Source of the DNA: Octopus sinensis
Lineage: Eukaryota
DNA: 64,000 nt
NCBI RefSeq assembly: GCF_006345805.1
Contig: NC_043009.1
Location: 868,001 to 932,000 of the forward strand
Direction: 5' to 3'
Shown: one piece after another, positions 36,477 to 50,215 of the stretch
Layout of the letters: every line of letters begins with the position of its first letter
Numbering within the stretch: the stretch's first letter is position 1
Notes under the pieces: generated by a model
What the model saw: only the letters and a program-made list of their open reading frames with translations
Databases searched by the model: none
What the model was told of the DNA's origin: nothing
Made by a program: the position numbers and the translations under genes

Positions 36477-37171
36477 ATATATATATACATATTATACATA
36501 CATATATATATGTATATATATATATTATAACATACATATATATATGTATAGATATATAATATATATACATACATATTATATATATATAGATATCATACTA
36601 TATACATACATATACATATATTACATATATATACATATATAATAATAATATACTATATTAACATACATTATATATATACCTATATATACATACATATATG
36701 TGTATATTTCCCTTGTAGTTTGATCGTTTATGATTTCTTTATTTCTAGCATTCTGGCCGGCTACCTAGCAGCCAGCCCTGCCAATATACACATATATTGA
36801 ATTTTCTCTGACTCCTCAGATTTTTTGAATGCTGGACTACTGGTTTTAAATTGATATTAAATTAATATTAATTTATCTCCCTCAATTTTTAAATACATAC
36901 TATATAGATATATATATATATACATATATATATGATATATATATACATATATATACATACATATATATGTATATATATATACATATATATACATACATAT
37001 ATATATATATATATATACATACATATATACCTACATATATATAGTATATATATATATACATATATATACATACATACATATATATAATACATATATACAT
37101 ATACATATATATACTACATATATATATATCATATATTATATACATACCATATATATACATATATATACATA

Positions 37172-37208
<37 letters not shown>

Positions 37209-37274
37209 TACATACATATATATATATATACAACATATATATACGACATATCATACATACAGATACATACATAC

Positions 37275-37305
<31 letters not shown>

Positions 37306-37708
37306 CATTATCATACCATATACATACATATAACATACATATATACATACATTACATACATACATATATACATACATATATCTACATATCATATACATAT
37401 ATATATATATATACATACATCTATACATACATATATATACATACAATACATACATATGTATATATATATATATATATACATACATAATACATACCTATAT
37501 ATACATACATATATATATACATATATATACATACATATGTATCTATATATATATATATACACATACATATATACATACATATATATCATACATATGTATA
37601 TATATATATATATATATATACATACATATATACATACATATAATACATACATATGTAATATATATATATTATAGATATACATACATATACATACATATAT
37701 ATACATAC

Positions 37709-37744
<36 letters not shown>

Positions 37745-38039
37745 ATACATATATATATACATATATATACATACATATGTATATATATTATATATATACA
37801 CATACATATATACAGACATATATTACATACATATGTATATATATACTACATATTATACATACATATGTATATATATATATATATATATACATATACATAA
37901 CATACATTATCTATAATATTATAACACATACATATATACATACATATATATACATACTTTATATATATATATACATATATATACATACATATGTAATATA
38001 TATATATATATATATCTATATATATACTATACATACATA

Positions 38040-38076
<37 letters not shown>

Positions 38077-38088
38077 ATATATACATAC

Positions 38089-38131
<43 letters not shown>

Positions 38132-38285
38132 CCATATGTATATTATATATATATATATATATATATACATATTATATATATATATATATATATATATACA
38201 TACATATGTATATATATATATATATAGAATATATATATACATATGGTATATATATATATATATATACATATATATATACATATAC

Positions 38286-38316
<31 letters not shown>

Positions 38317-38332
38317 CATACATATGTATATA

Positions 38333-38367
<35 letters not shown>

Positions 38368-38871
38368 CCATATATTATATATATATAATACATATACATA
38401 TACATATATTATATATATATATATATATCTATATATATATATACATTATATTATACTATACATATACATATACATATATATATACATATACATATATATA
38501 TACATATATATATATATATAGATACATACATATAGTTATATATATATACTATATACATTATATATATATATATATAATACATATATATATATATATTATA
38601 TATATATCATATATATATACATATATATATATATATACATATATATATATCTATACATATATATATACATATACATATATAATATTATATATACATATAT
38701 ATATACATATACATATATAGATATATATACATATATATTACATATACATATATATTATATATATACATCTATATATACATATACATAATATATATATATA
38801 TACTATCTATAACTATCTACATATATATATATATATATATATATCATACATATATATACATATATATATAC

Positions 38872-38918
<47 letters not shown>

Positions 38919-39066
38919 CATATATATATATATATTATATACATATATATATACTACATTATATATATATATCTACATATATAATATACATATAACATAT
39001 AATAATATATATATATATATATTATACATATAATATATATATAATATTATATACATATATATATTA

Positions 39067-39117
<51 letters not shown>

Positions 39118-39172
39118 ATATATATAATATACATATGTATATATATATATATATATATACATATATATATAC

Positions 39173-39210
<38 letters not shown>

Positions 39211-39670
39211 CATATACCAATGTATATATACATATATATATATATAATACTATATATATACATATATAGATACATACTATATACATACATGTATATATAT
39301 ATATATAATACATATATACCATATATATATATATATACATATATAATATCTACATATATATATATATACATATATATACATATGTATATATATATATATA
39401 TATACATATTACATATATAATATTATATACATATATATAATATATATCATATATATACCTCTATATATATATACATATATACATATATAACATTATATAT
39501 ATATATATATACATACATAATATATCTACATTATATATATATATACATATATATACATATTATATCATATATCATATATCTATATATATATATATACATA
39601 TATATCTATATATATATATAATATATATACATATACATACTATATATATATACATATTATATATATATAC

Positions 39671-39703
<33 letters not shown>

Positions 39704-39735
39704 CATCTACATATATATATACATATATAATATAC

Positions 39736-39770
<35 letters not shown>

Positions 39771-40105
39771 CATATATACTATCTAATATATACATACATA
39801 TATTATATACATACATATATATATATACATACATATATATAATATATAACATATATAATATATTACATATCTATATATATACATATACATATATATCTAT
39901 ATATACATAATACATATATATATACATTAATCAGCGAAATTACTACGATGATCCGGTTCTTGACTGAAGACTGAAGGGGTTCGAATATCCTATCATGTTT
40001 TATGTATCTAGTCTTCTATGATTTATACGTATCTTGTCCAGTTGTATTTTATACATACCTTAATATACATATATATATATATATACATATACATATAATA
40101 TATGC

Positions 40106-40140
<35 letters not shown>

Positions 40141-40407
40141 CATACATATATATATGCATATATATATATACATATATAATATTATACATATTATATATAT
40201 AACATACATATATATATATATACATATTATATATATATACATAATATATCTACTACATATATATATATACATACAATATACATATATACATATATATATA
40301 CATATACATATATATATATACATATACATATATAATACATACATATATATATACATATACATATATAATATACATACATATATATATACATAGACATATA
40401 TATATAC

Positions 40408-40442
<35 letters not shown>

Positions 40443-40456
40443 CATATACATATATA

Positions 40457-40487
<31 letters not shown>

Positions 40488-42125
40488 ATATACATATCTA
40501 TTATATACATATATATATACCTATATATATCATACATATATATACTATATATATACATATATATTATATATACATACATATATATATATATATACATACA
40601 TATATATATGATATATACAACATATATATATATACATACCATATATATATACATACATATATATATATATATACATAATATATATACATATATATATATA
40701 TATACATAATATATATATACATACATATATACATACATATATATAATACATATATATATACATATATATATATATATACATACATATATACATACTATAT
40801 AATATATACATATATATATATACATACATACATATATACATACATATATATATATACATATATATATATACATACATATATATAATATACATACTATATA
40901 TATACATACTATATATAACATACATATATATATATACATACATAATATATATACATATATATATATATACATATATAATATCATATCATATATAACATAC
41001 ATATATATATACATACATATATATATATACATACATATATATATATGACATCCATATATAACATAATTATACATATATATTATACATATATATATATACA
41101 TACATATATATATCATACATATATTATACATATATATATAACATATATATATATACATTATATATATACATAACATACATATCATATACATATATAATAT
41201 ATACATACATATATATATACATACTATATATATACATATATATATAATACATACATATATATATACATATATATATTACATACATACATATATATATATA
41301 CATACATATATATATACATATATATAATACATATATATATACATACATATAATATACATATATATATATACAACATATATATATACATACATATATATAT
41401 ATACATCATATATACAATACATACATATCTAATTATACATACATATATATATACATACTATATATATACATATATATATACATATATATACATATATATA
41501 TCAATAATATATACATATATATACATAATATATATACACATATATTATATATAATACATATATATATACATATATATATACATACTATATATACATACAT
41601 ATATATATACATATATATATATACATATATATATATACATACATTATATATACATACATATATATATACATATATATATATACATATATATAATACATAC
41701 ATATATAGATATACAATATATATACATATATTATATACATACATACATATAATATATACATAAATATATATATACATAAATATATATATACATAAATATA
41801 TATATACATAAATATATATATATATACATATATATATATACATATATATATACATATATATATATATACATATACATATATATACATACATATATATATA
41901 TATATAGATATACATATATATACATATACATATATATACATACATATACATATATATATACATACATATACATATATATACATACATATACATACATATA
42001 CATATATATACATACATATACATATATATACATACATATACATACATACATATACATATATATACATATAGACATACATATACATACATACATATACATA
42101 CATATATATATAAAACGTATGTATT
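36400..42125. repeat. ~5.7-kb (TA)/(CATA)/(CATATA) low-complexity array with two unique islands (~36700-36890, ~39925-40060)
   Basis: Read directly; the + strand is almost devoid of G. Confidence 0.97.
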
Positions 42126-44399
42126 TACACACACACAATATGTGTGTGTACAGAGACACATTCATTCAAGATGCAAGCCACTAATTCACTCTACTTTGCA
42201 CTATACATAAACCTAAGATACTGTGTCATTTGTGTATATATTTAGCAACACACAAATCTTTTAAACTGTTTATATACCACCACAATGTTTACTAGTTCTA
42301 AATATATCTCAGTGCAGCTCACTGCGTTAGTACAAATCACTGGTACACTGTGGAATATATTTAGAATGACAAAACAGTGTGGAAAGTGGAAGAGGAGAGG
42401 CGGAGGTGAGATTACAAAATTACAAAACAATAGATTAGAATATTTACAGGAACAATTCTCTAGATCATCATTATTTTTGTCCAATTTTCCAATCTTGTAT
42501 GAAATAGACGGAATTTGTTGAGGTTAAATTTTCTATGGCCTGATACCCTTCCTGTTGTCAACTCTCACCTGTTTCCAAGCAAGGTAGCATTTCCTTGTAA
42601 CCTGACATTGTTTTTAATAGAACACATTTACCCAAGGTGGCTAAACTGGGAATGAACCTGAAGCCACATGGTTGGTAAGCAAGCTTCTGAACGGCACGTG
42701 AGTGAGTTCTTTTATCCTGCTACTGGTTTCACTTTTCCAACTACAGACATATCAGGCACCTCTTCAGAATTTTGATTTAGTTGCTTATACTGACATAAGT
42801 AATATTAATTTCCACTTAAACGTGGATATTCTGCTCAATCTTTATTCTGCGGGAAACTCTCATATAGGCTTTTGGTGTAGATTGCACACTTGCTTGTTTA
42901 TATTGCCAGTGGGGCGATAACACCCCGGCAACTCCAGTACTGAGGCCACCAGATCATGTGATTTCGATCTTCCTTGATCTCATCAGTGATGGATGCTCAA
43001 CTGCAAGCAATAGCAGTGACTCATCTCTCCACTAGCGATATATATAGAAAATCAGCACTAGAACAGGCACTGGCGTCACCTTAGCCAGTTAGCTTGTTAA
43101 AAAATAATACTGCCTCTGTCACTAATATATATTCACAAGTATATTTGTTCATTTCTTTGATGTCCATGTTTTTGCCAAGCTAGCACAAGTTTGAGTAAAG
43201 GTAAAAGATTCCCTTTGGTCATGAATGACCATGGGATTGCACCTAGAAAGTACCCTTCCAAGGCACAAGTCTAGGGAAGGTTGTTTATGGAAGACCAGCA
43301 GTCACCCATGCATACCAGTCTTCTTCCCTCTCCACGCCACTGATGTTCTCCAAGGGAAAGGCAAAGGGGCCGATACAGCTTGGCACCAGTGACATTAGAA
43401 ACCATTTCTACAGCTGAGTGAATTGGAACAATGTGAAATAAAGTGTCTTGCTCAAGAATACAACACACAGCCCAGTCCAGGAATTGAACTCACTACCTCA
43501 TGATTGTGAGCCCAATGCTCTAACCACTGGGCCATGCACCTTCACCTAATACAGCATTTCTATGCAGGGAATTGAACCCAGGCCAACTAGGTGAAAGGGA
43601 AATTTATTCAAGTAAGGGATTTTTTTTATCCCACAAGTCTTTGAAAGCATAGAGTGACTGATCCTGTGAACAAGGGATGCCAGCATCAACAGTTTCACTC
43701 CAGTAATAATGGCCAAGCCAGAGTTATAACAGAAAGTACCCAAGATGCTTACACTGGGGACTCAACTTCAGACCATGTGATCACAAAGAAAAGTCTTTAA
43801 CCATACAGCCATGCCTGCCTATGCTTTCTGAGTGACTTTTCTATGTAGTTTGTGAACTCCACACATTAGCCTATCAGGAGTTATGTAGGTTGTCATGAAA
43901 CCACATCAAGCATAGGAATGGAGATTAGAATTTATGTCCCATGCCCAAACCTTTTGGTAACAAGTTACACCTTCTGGCACACTCTTTCAGAACTTATAAA
44001 AACAACAATTACAGCATGGAACACAAATAGTCATTCAAATACATCAACACTCAAAAATTTAATTTTACACAATCATATATTATTTTGCTTGCACTAACTG
44101 CTATTTGTTCACGAACACAGTTCCACTACAAATAGTCAGTGACACCAAATAATAGATCATCATCATTGTCGTTTGATGTCCGCTTTCCATGCTAGCATGG
44201 GTTGAACGATTTGACTGAGGACTGGCAAACCAGATGGCTGCACCAGGCTCCAATTTTGATCTGGCAGAGTTTCTACAGAGATTTCTACAGAGATTCATAT
44301 TCTCTGTAGCTGAAAACGGAGGGGAAGGTAGAAAATAAAATAAAATAGGGGGTGTTTTTTTTGGGGGGGGGTACAAAAGGAAGTCTTGCCATATATATA

Positions 44400-44660
44400 T
44401 ATATTTCGTTTTTGGATTTGGTTTGCAAGATTCTTTATATGATTCCTGTGTTGAAGCATATTCTGTTGTGTCTGGGGAGAGTCATTTTCTTTTTGTGCCT
44501 TACAATTTAAAACACTCAATAGTCTTGACGATTGAAAAGGTTGCAAGACGCAACGAAAATTTTAGGAAAATGAAAATAAGAAATGGAAATTTTACCGGTG
44601 AGTATGTTAAATTATAAGGCACAAAAAGAAAATTACTCTCCCCAGACACAACAGTATATA
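44400..44660. mobile_element. Penelope-like fold-back repeat (arms ~44461-44512 / 44598-44656) with a TTGAAAA hammerhead-like motif; a second copy lies at ~24540-24670 (-)
   Basis: Inverted arms are visible (tgttgtgtctggggagag.../...ctctccccagacacaaca). The same family sequence occurs at 24540-24670. Confidence 0.5.
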
Positions 44661-44803
44661 TATATCCTGTTTGTGTTTCAATGAAATTCATAATGAAAGT
44701 ATCATTCACAAGAGTTCAACCAAGTAAATGACCTGTACCGTATTTCTACGAAATGCAGACATCGGTCAAACAGTGCTCCCTCCGCTAAAAACAAACTTCA
44801 GAG

Positions 44804-44864
<61 letters not shown>

Positions 44865-44889
44865 AAGAAAGAGAGAAAGAGAGAAAGAG

Positions 44890-44932
<43 letters not shown>

Positions 44933-47814
44933 AGAAAGAAAGAAAGTGGTCGAAGACACGAGTAAAGCGGGCAAGGGAGATAAATCATTAGTGCCACTGC
45001 CAAATCAATTACTTGACCAATTAAATCGGGATAATTAACTGATATTGACCTGCAGAGATGTGGGTGAATGGAAGATGTGGTGTTCATACTGTAGCATGGA
45101 AATGGTTGAGAGAGAGTTTCGATCACAAACTGACACAAAGGTCATAGATTCGTTTCATCGGTTCCGACAGCAACCACTGAGCGAACGTTTACTCGCAGAA
45201 TATTCGGATTTTGTTGAGAAAGCAGTGGAATAATTTCTCCTCCGTTTCACAATTACGATGGCTTCTGATTTAGGCACAAGGCCAACGATTTTGACAGGAA
45301 AGGGTATGTCGATACGATCGACCCCAGAACTTGATTTCGGAGGGATTTAAACTCAAAGCGTAAAGGAACAGATGCTCTTCATCATTTGTTCTGGGGTTTT
45401 GCAGAATTGTTAGCGCGTCGGAAAGAACGCTTTACTCTCTCAGTTCAAATCCCTCCAAGGTCAACTTTGCTTTTCATTTTTCTGGGGTCGATAAAATAAA
45501 GTAGCAGTCGAGTGCTGAGATCGATGTAATCAACTCCCCCTCCACCTCAAAACTACTGGCCTTGTGCCTAAACCAGAAGCTATTTTAATTTTATTTAAAA
45601 GATATAGTAGTTGGGGTTAATGCAAGGGTGACTCTACATGGTTATTCAAACTGCTAGAAATAGCAGCCAAATGACCCGCAAGTCGCCCTTTATCGTCTTA
45701 AATAAGAACATATTGCATAACATAAACCCTGAAAAGATGAGGTGATCACAGGTAGAATGCTTTTTCGCCATAGGTCTGCTCGATCAGGGTTGATCAACAT
45801 CAACGGAGGACTGTAAAGACGAATGATTTCTTATATTGGTATAAGGCCACAAATTTGTAAAGAAAGAAGCATAGCCTTCTATTAGAATTCCATTCATATC
45901 TAGGACACATATAGGAATATAAATTGACACCAGTCTGACTTCAACTAAACTCTAACAGGAAATCTTACTGGTACCCCTTGTCTCCCCCACTCCCGACAGA
46001 TGAAACGAAATAAAGTTTGCATGCTATCCTAAATCCCGCCAACACAGATCTTTTTTTCTTTTCCTCACCCCCAAGGAATGACAAACCATTAACCTCCATT
46101 AAACTCATCTCAGATACATAGACATATAAAATTGTGTCAAATTGATGGGTTTTCTCCGAAGAAATAACCGGTTTGCCAAGGTTTTCACAATTCCTTAAAG
46201 CGCAAATAAATGAATACACCGAACCAGTGGCATTTTGAAGGCATCGGCAAATTAGCAATTAACAATGCAGTTACTGGGGTTCGTCAGGGGTCGAGAAGCT
46301 CAAAGCTAATTTATGTATGTTGTGGATCATTGTCAATAAATAAAGGTAGAGGCCCCGGTGCACTGCTTTCCCGGGGCCTGTCTGTTGAAGTTGGCCCTTC
46401 ACCGAACTCAAGGTTAACCGAAACTATAAATAAATAAACCTAAGATTTTTCATTTGGGCCTAGCTGTCTCCAAACTTATAAATTTGGAGAATAGAAAGAC
46501 AGACACTGATGCCTTAACCCAGAATGCTTTTCTCAGAGGTAGGATATAACTAATGTGAAATTATTTAAATTGAAACTGCGTAAAATAAGATTTACTAACG
46601 TTAAACGAAAGTAAAAGACTGGCAGAATGAAATGGATGGGACTTTCCCATCATCCACAGACAATTTCTTTTTATATTCTTCTTTTTTTGCAAAAGCATTA
46701 GTAAATAAAACTGAAACAATCACTCAGTTCCTTTTCTTTTCCCATTGTGTATTCCGAAAGTCCGCCGCCAACTATTTCACCTGTCAGACGAGTGTAAAAG
46801 CAATAAGGCATCAGAATGAATATTAAAATATCAACTCTGGTGTTATATCCCACCTTATTACACAGGGTAAAGAAAAATAATTCTTTAATCGAGAGTTGAC
46901 TTTTTATTAACGCAAATGTGCAACCTTCGCAACCGAATACTGAGCCAAGGCAGCATATAACTTAAATAATCGGTCTAAGGCCGGCCCCACCTCAAGGACC
47001 TGGTAACGAAATACGTTAGCTAAAACACCTTTCCTTCTATAGTTATAAACCAAGGGTTCACAGTCTAAGCACGACCCTTCTTCAAAGACCGGGTAACCCG
47101 GGAGTTAAACCTAAATAACCGGTAGAAGGACCTTGCTAAAAGCTACCATATTCTTTATAAGACATTTTAGATGCGAATGGAGTTATAATTAAAGAGATGA
47201 CGCCGTATCGACATAATAAATAAATATTTGACATATAAGAAATGTTTTTTTCATCGCAATTCTGGATTGTTTTGGGTTTGTTTTTTCTTCTTTGTTTTGT
47301 GGTTTGAGATAACTTAATGATAAAGCACCGACCACAGTAAATGTCAGGCACTGCAATATTTAATACCATGTAATAATATGTTTCAAGTTTAAAAAAGGAC
47401 CCCCAAGGAAAGGGGGTGACGTTACATTATATCCCAATCGTTCTACAGAACCCCTTTCTTACATTATTTTCAGTGACACCGAAGAAGGCTGAAGGTCAAC
47501 TTCGACCCCGCTTGGAATGTGATCAGAGAACAGTAAAAAGAAGCACCAACGCGTGTGTGTGTGTGTATAAATGATGTAAGAGGGAAAGAGTGGGGAAGGT
47601 TTGGCAGTGTTGGCCATCACTGGGTAAACAAGGGGTTTGTTACCGAATCAAAGAAATAACGGGATTAGAATTTTAAAGAAAATGCTATGACCAATATTGT
47701 CTGGAGAACTTGTGGTAAAAGAGGATGAAGGCGACTTTGCGTGATTAAAATTAGGGCCAACAGTTATGGGGAATGTGAAGATCCTGCTTTTATATCTCTC
47801 TCTCTATATATCTA

Positions 47815-47864
<50 letters not shown>

Positions 47865-48117
47865 GTGCGAGTGTCTGCTTCGTGTTCCTGGTAAACATAC
47901 GCAATCGACAGACAAGGTTCTTTAAAAGAAAAATTACACATTTCTTAATTAATATAACAGTAATTGAAATGCATTTACCTGTTTCGGGCGATAAATTATA
48001 AATTCAGTGAAAGAGATGAAATAATTTTAAGCCCCAAAAGTCAGCAGAATTGGTTTTTCTAAAAAGGTTTTCCACGAATTCAAATGAAAGAGTTTTTGTT
48101 GTTTTTTAGTTTCGTCT

Positions 48118-48188
48118 CCGGAAGTGAAAGAGTGAAAGCGGTTCACCTTTAACAGGAAATCACCGGCTTTCACTGACGTCACTTCCTG
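48118..48188. promoter_or_regulatory. Promoter/enhancer-like motif cluster: ETS (CCGGAAGTG), second ETS (CAGGAAAT), overlapping CRE+ETS (TGACGTCACTTCCTG)
   Basis: Motifs read directly at 48118-48126, 48153-48160 and 48174-48188, in CpG-retaining unique sequence. Confidence 0.5.
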
Positions 48189-48295
48189 TGAAACACCAGC
48201 CTGGTTCCCTGCCTCATGTTTATAGCGTTTATTATTGAAATCGGAATGAGATTTATCAGTCCGAATATACAGAAGCAAATTACTATTTTACTTAC

Positions 48296-48400
48296 CACTG
48301 CTGAGCGCTTCTCCTCTGCAATTTATTATTGAAAGTCCATGTCCTCTCCTTTTCATAATAATCGGATATGTACATAAACAACTAGATCCAGTGAAAAAAG
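48296..48400 (-). other. Candidate upstream (5') exon, possibly SLC30A9 exon 1; its 5' boundary is unknown
   Basis: Consensus donor CAGTG|gtaagtaa at 48296/48295 within a CpG-undepleted region (~44.7-49.7 kb). ATG at 48356 (MKRRGHGLSIINCRGEALSS). The link to SLC30A9 is inference only. Confidence 0.35.
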
Positions 48401-48679
48401 GAGACAGGCCGGAAAGAGAAGGGACCACATAAAAGCAACATGCCAGGATCCTTCTATGCCTACACAAGTCCGAAAATTCAGTGTTTTATAAAATACTATC
48501 AAATGATAATTAAGGATTTTAAATGACAAACGATCAGAAATAACAACTATTCCAGAATACCCGCCTACTGTCATTTGCTTCCACAGAAATACCCGAAGTG
48601 AAGTGTTTTGAGTTTGTCGAGTTATAGCGAAAGAATGCCGTAGGTCATTTTTCGTTTTGACTTGCAGAACTGTCATTTG

Positions 48680-49271
48680 GGATCTTTTCCTTTTGAACGG
48701 CAGACAATTTCTAGTTAACTAAACACTTTAAAACTTCGTATACTGGTAGAATGTGTCAAAATAAAACAGTTTTTTCTCTTGGCTTTCTTGAGAAAATTGT
48801 AATTTGTTTGTTTAACGTAGTTTAATTTTTCTTTTGAGCTAAAATCATTTGCTGCGTCTAAAACTGAGACATCCTGTAACTAACCCTAAACCTCCCCCCT
48901 AACCTTAACCCTAAATTTTTTTTTTCTTAATTGTTAATTTGTTACGTGTGTAAAAAAAAACTAAAGCAATGGAATTAAATTAATTTAACAATTAAGAAAA
49001 AAAAAATTAGGGTTAGTGGGGAGGTTTAGGGCTAGTTACAGGATGTTTCAGTTTTAGACGCAGCAAATAATTTTAGTTGAATGGAGGTGATCGATTGGTT
49101 AAAATTGCCGAAATGCTCGGATTTTCAGACGAAATATCTTACAAACTATAGAATTTTCTCAATAAAACCAAGGGAAAATGATGTTTTATAAACACATTCT
49201 ACCAGTATACGAATTTTAAAAGTGTTTAGTTAACTAGATGTTGACATCTGCCGTTCAAAAGGAAAAGATCC
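48680..49271. mobile_element. Fold-back non-autonomous DNA transposon with 8-bp TSD (Merlin- or hAT-like)
   Basis: GTCATTTG at 48672-48679 and 49272-49279. TIR GGATCTTTTCCTTTTGAACGGCAG, with inverted symmetry extending almost to the centre. Confidence 0.8.
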
Positions 49272-49279
49272 GTCATTTG

Positions 49280-49558
49280 GATCAGCTGATTTTGCTCGTT
49301 AATTTCCGTAAAAAATTTTTATTCATATTCTTTTGTTTTCATGACGTGTGGAAGGCGACATTTGCTTTGAAGTGAGAGCAGAAAGTGAAAGATGTTTTGT
49401 ACGCGTATATGAAATGGACATGTATGAGAGGGAGAGAGAGTACACTCATTATCTTTCATATACACTTACATACATAAATATATATATGCATACGTGTTTT
49501 CTGTATGTGTGTGTGTGTGAGAGAAAGGGTGCCAGTTAGACATACATGAGAACACACG

Positions 49559-49596
<38 letters not shown>

Positions 49597-49750
49597 AGCG
49601 CGTCCATTTTATATACACGTATAGACAGCTTTCACTTTTCCCTCTCAGTTCAAAGCAAATGTCGCCTTCCACACGTCAAGAAAACAAAAGCAAATAAATA
49701 AATTTTAAGGAAATTAACGAACATTAATGACAAGTTTGCTAATCAAATGA
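49280..49750. repeat. Degenerate palindromic MITE-like element (arms ~49295-49420 / 49600-49722)
   Basis: gacgtgtggaaggcgacatttgctttgaa versus ttcaaagcaaatgtcgccttccacacgtc, with microsatellites in the spacer. Confidence 0.7.
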
Positions 49751-49879
49751 AAAACAAAACACCATAAATCGGCTATTAATTCAATTTAATTAATCCTTGT
49801 AAAATTAATTGGGTGAATGCAGCCCTTTCTTCTGTTTTATATCAGAGGTTTTGTATTATATCTTTGTGCCTTCGGTTTT

Positions 49880-50215
49880 GTATCGAGGTCAGCAAGTGCA
49901 CATAAAAGCACTTGAGGAAGGACACACTCAGAACCTCACTTGAGAGCTTTAAAGTGTCACCCCTGACACCTGGGAAACATAAGTGCAAGACCAAGATGCC
50001 AGACGAAACTGCACCAACAAAATTTCCACCTCCTCTGAACAGGACTGCAGGGATGCAGAGAGAATGTGAACTGCGCAAATCTAGAACCAGCTGGTCACGT
50101 TCAATCCCAACAAACCAGCTGTAGCCAGCCTTCAGCAGATCCTTCCAAGTGCACATCAGACGGATCAGCCACAACCAGGCACATCATAGCCTGTCTTCTT
50201 CTTCTTCTTCTTCAT
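49880..50215 (+). pseudogene. Old RTE LINE 3' remnant
   Basis: KDTLRTSLESFKVS..DTWET and CSRSFQVHIRRISHNQAH with stops and frameshifts, followed by a (CTT)n tail. Confidence 0.6.

Noticed and set aside
36083-42165. Dozens of Y/I/M/C-rich ORFs up to 317 aa
   Set aside because: These are translations of TA/CA microsatellite, which lacks stops in some frames.
45045-45233. 62-aa + strand ORF with CxxC after a cag acceptor-like site
   Set aside because: No recognisable homology, no clear donor and no partner exons.
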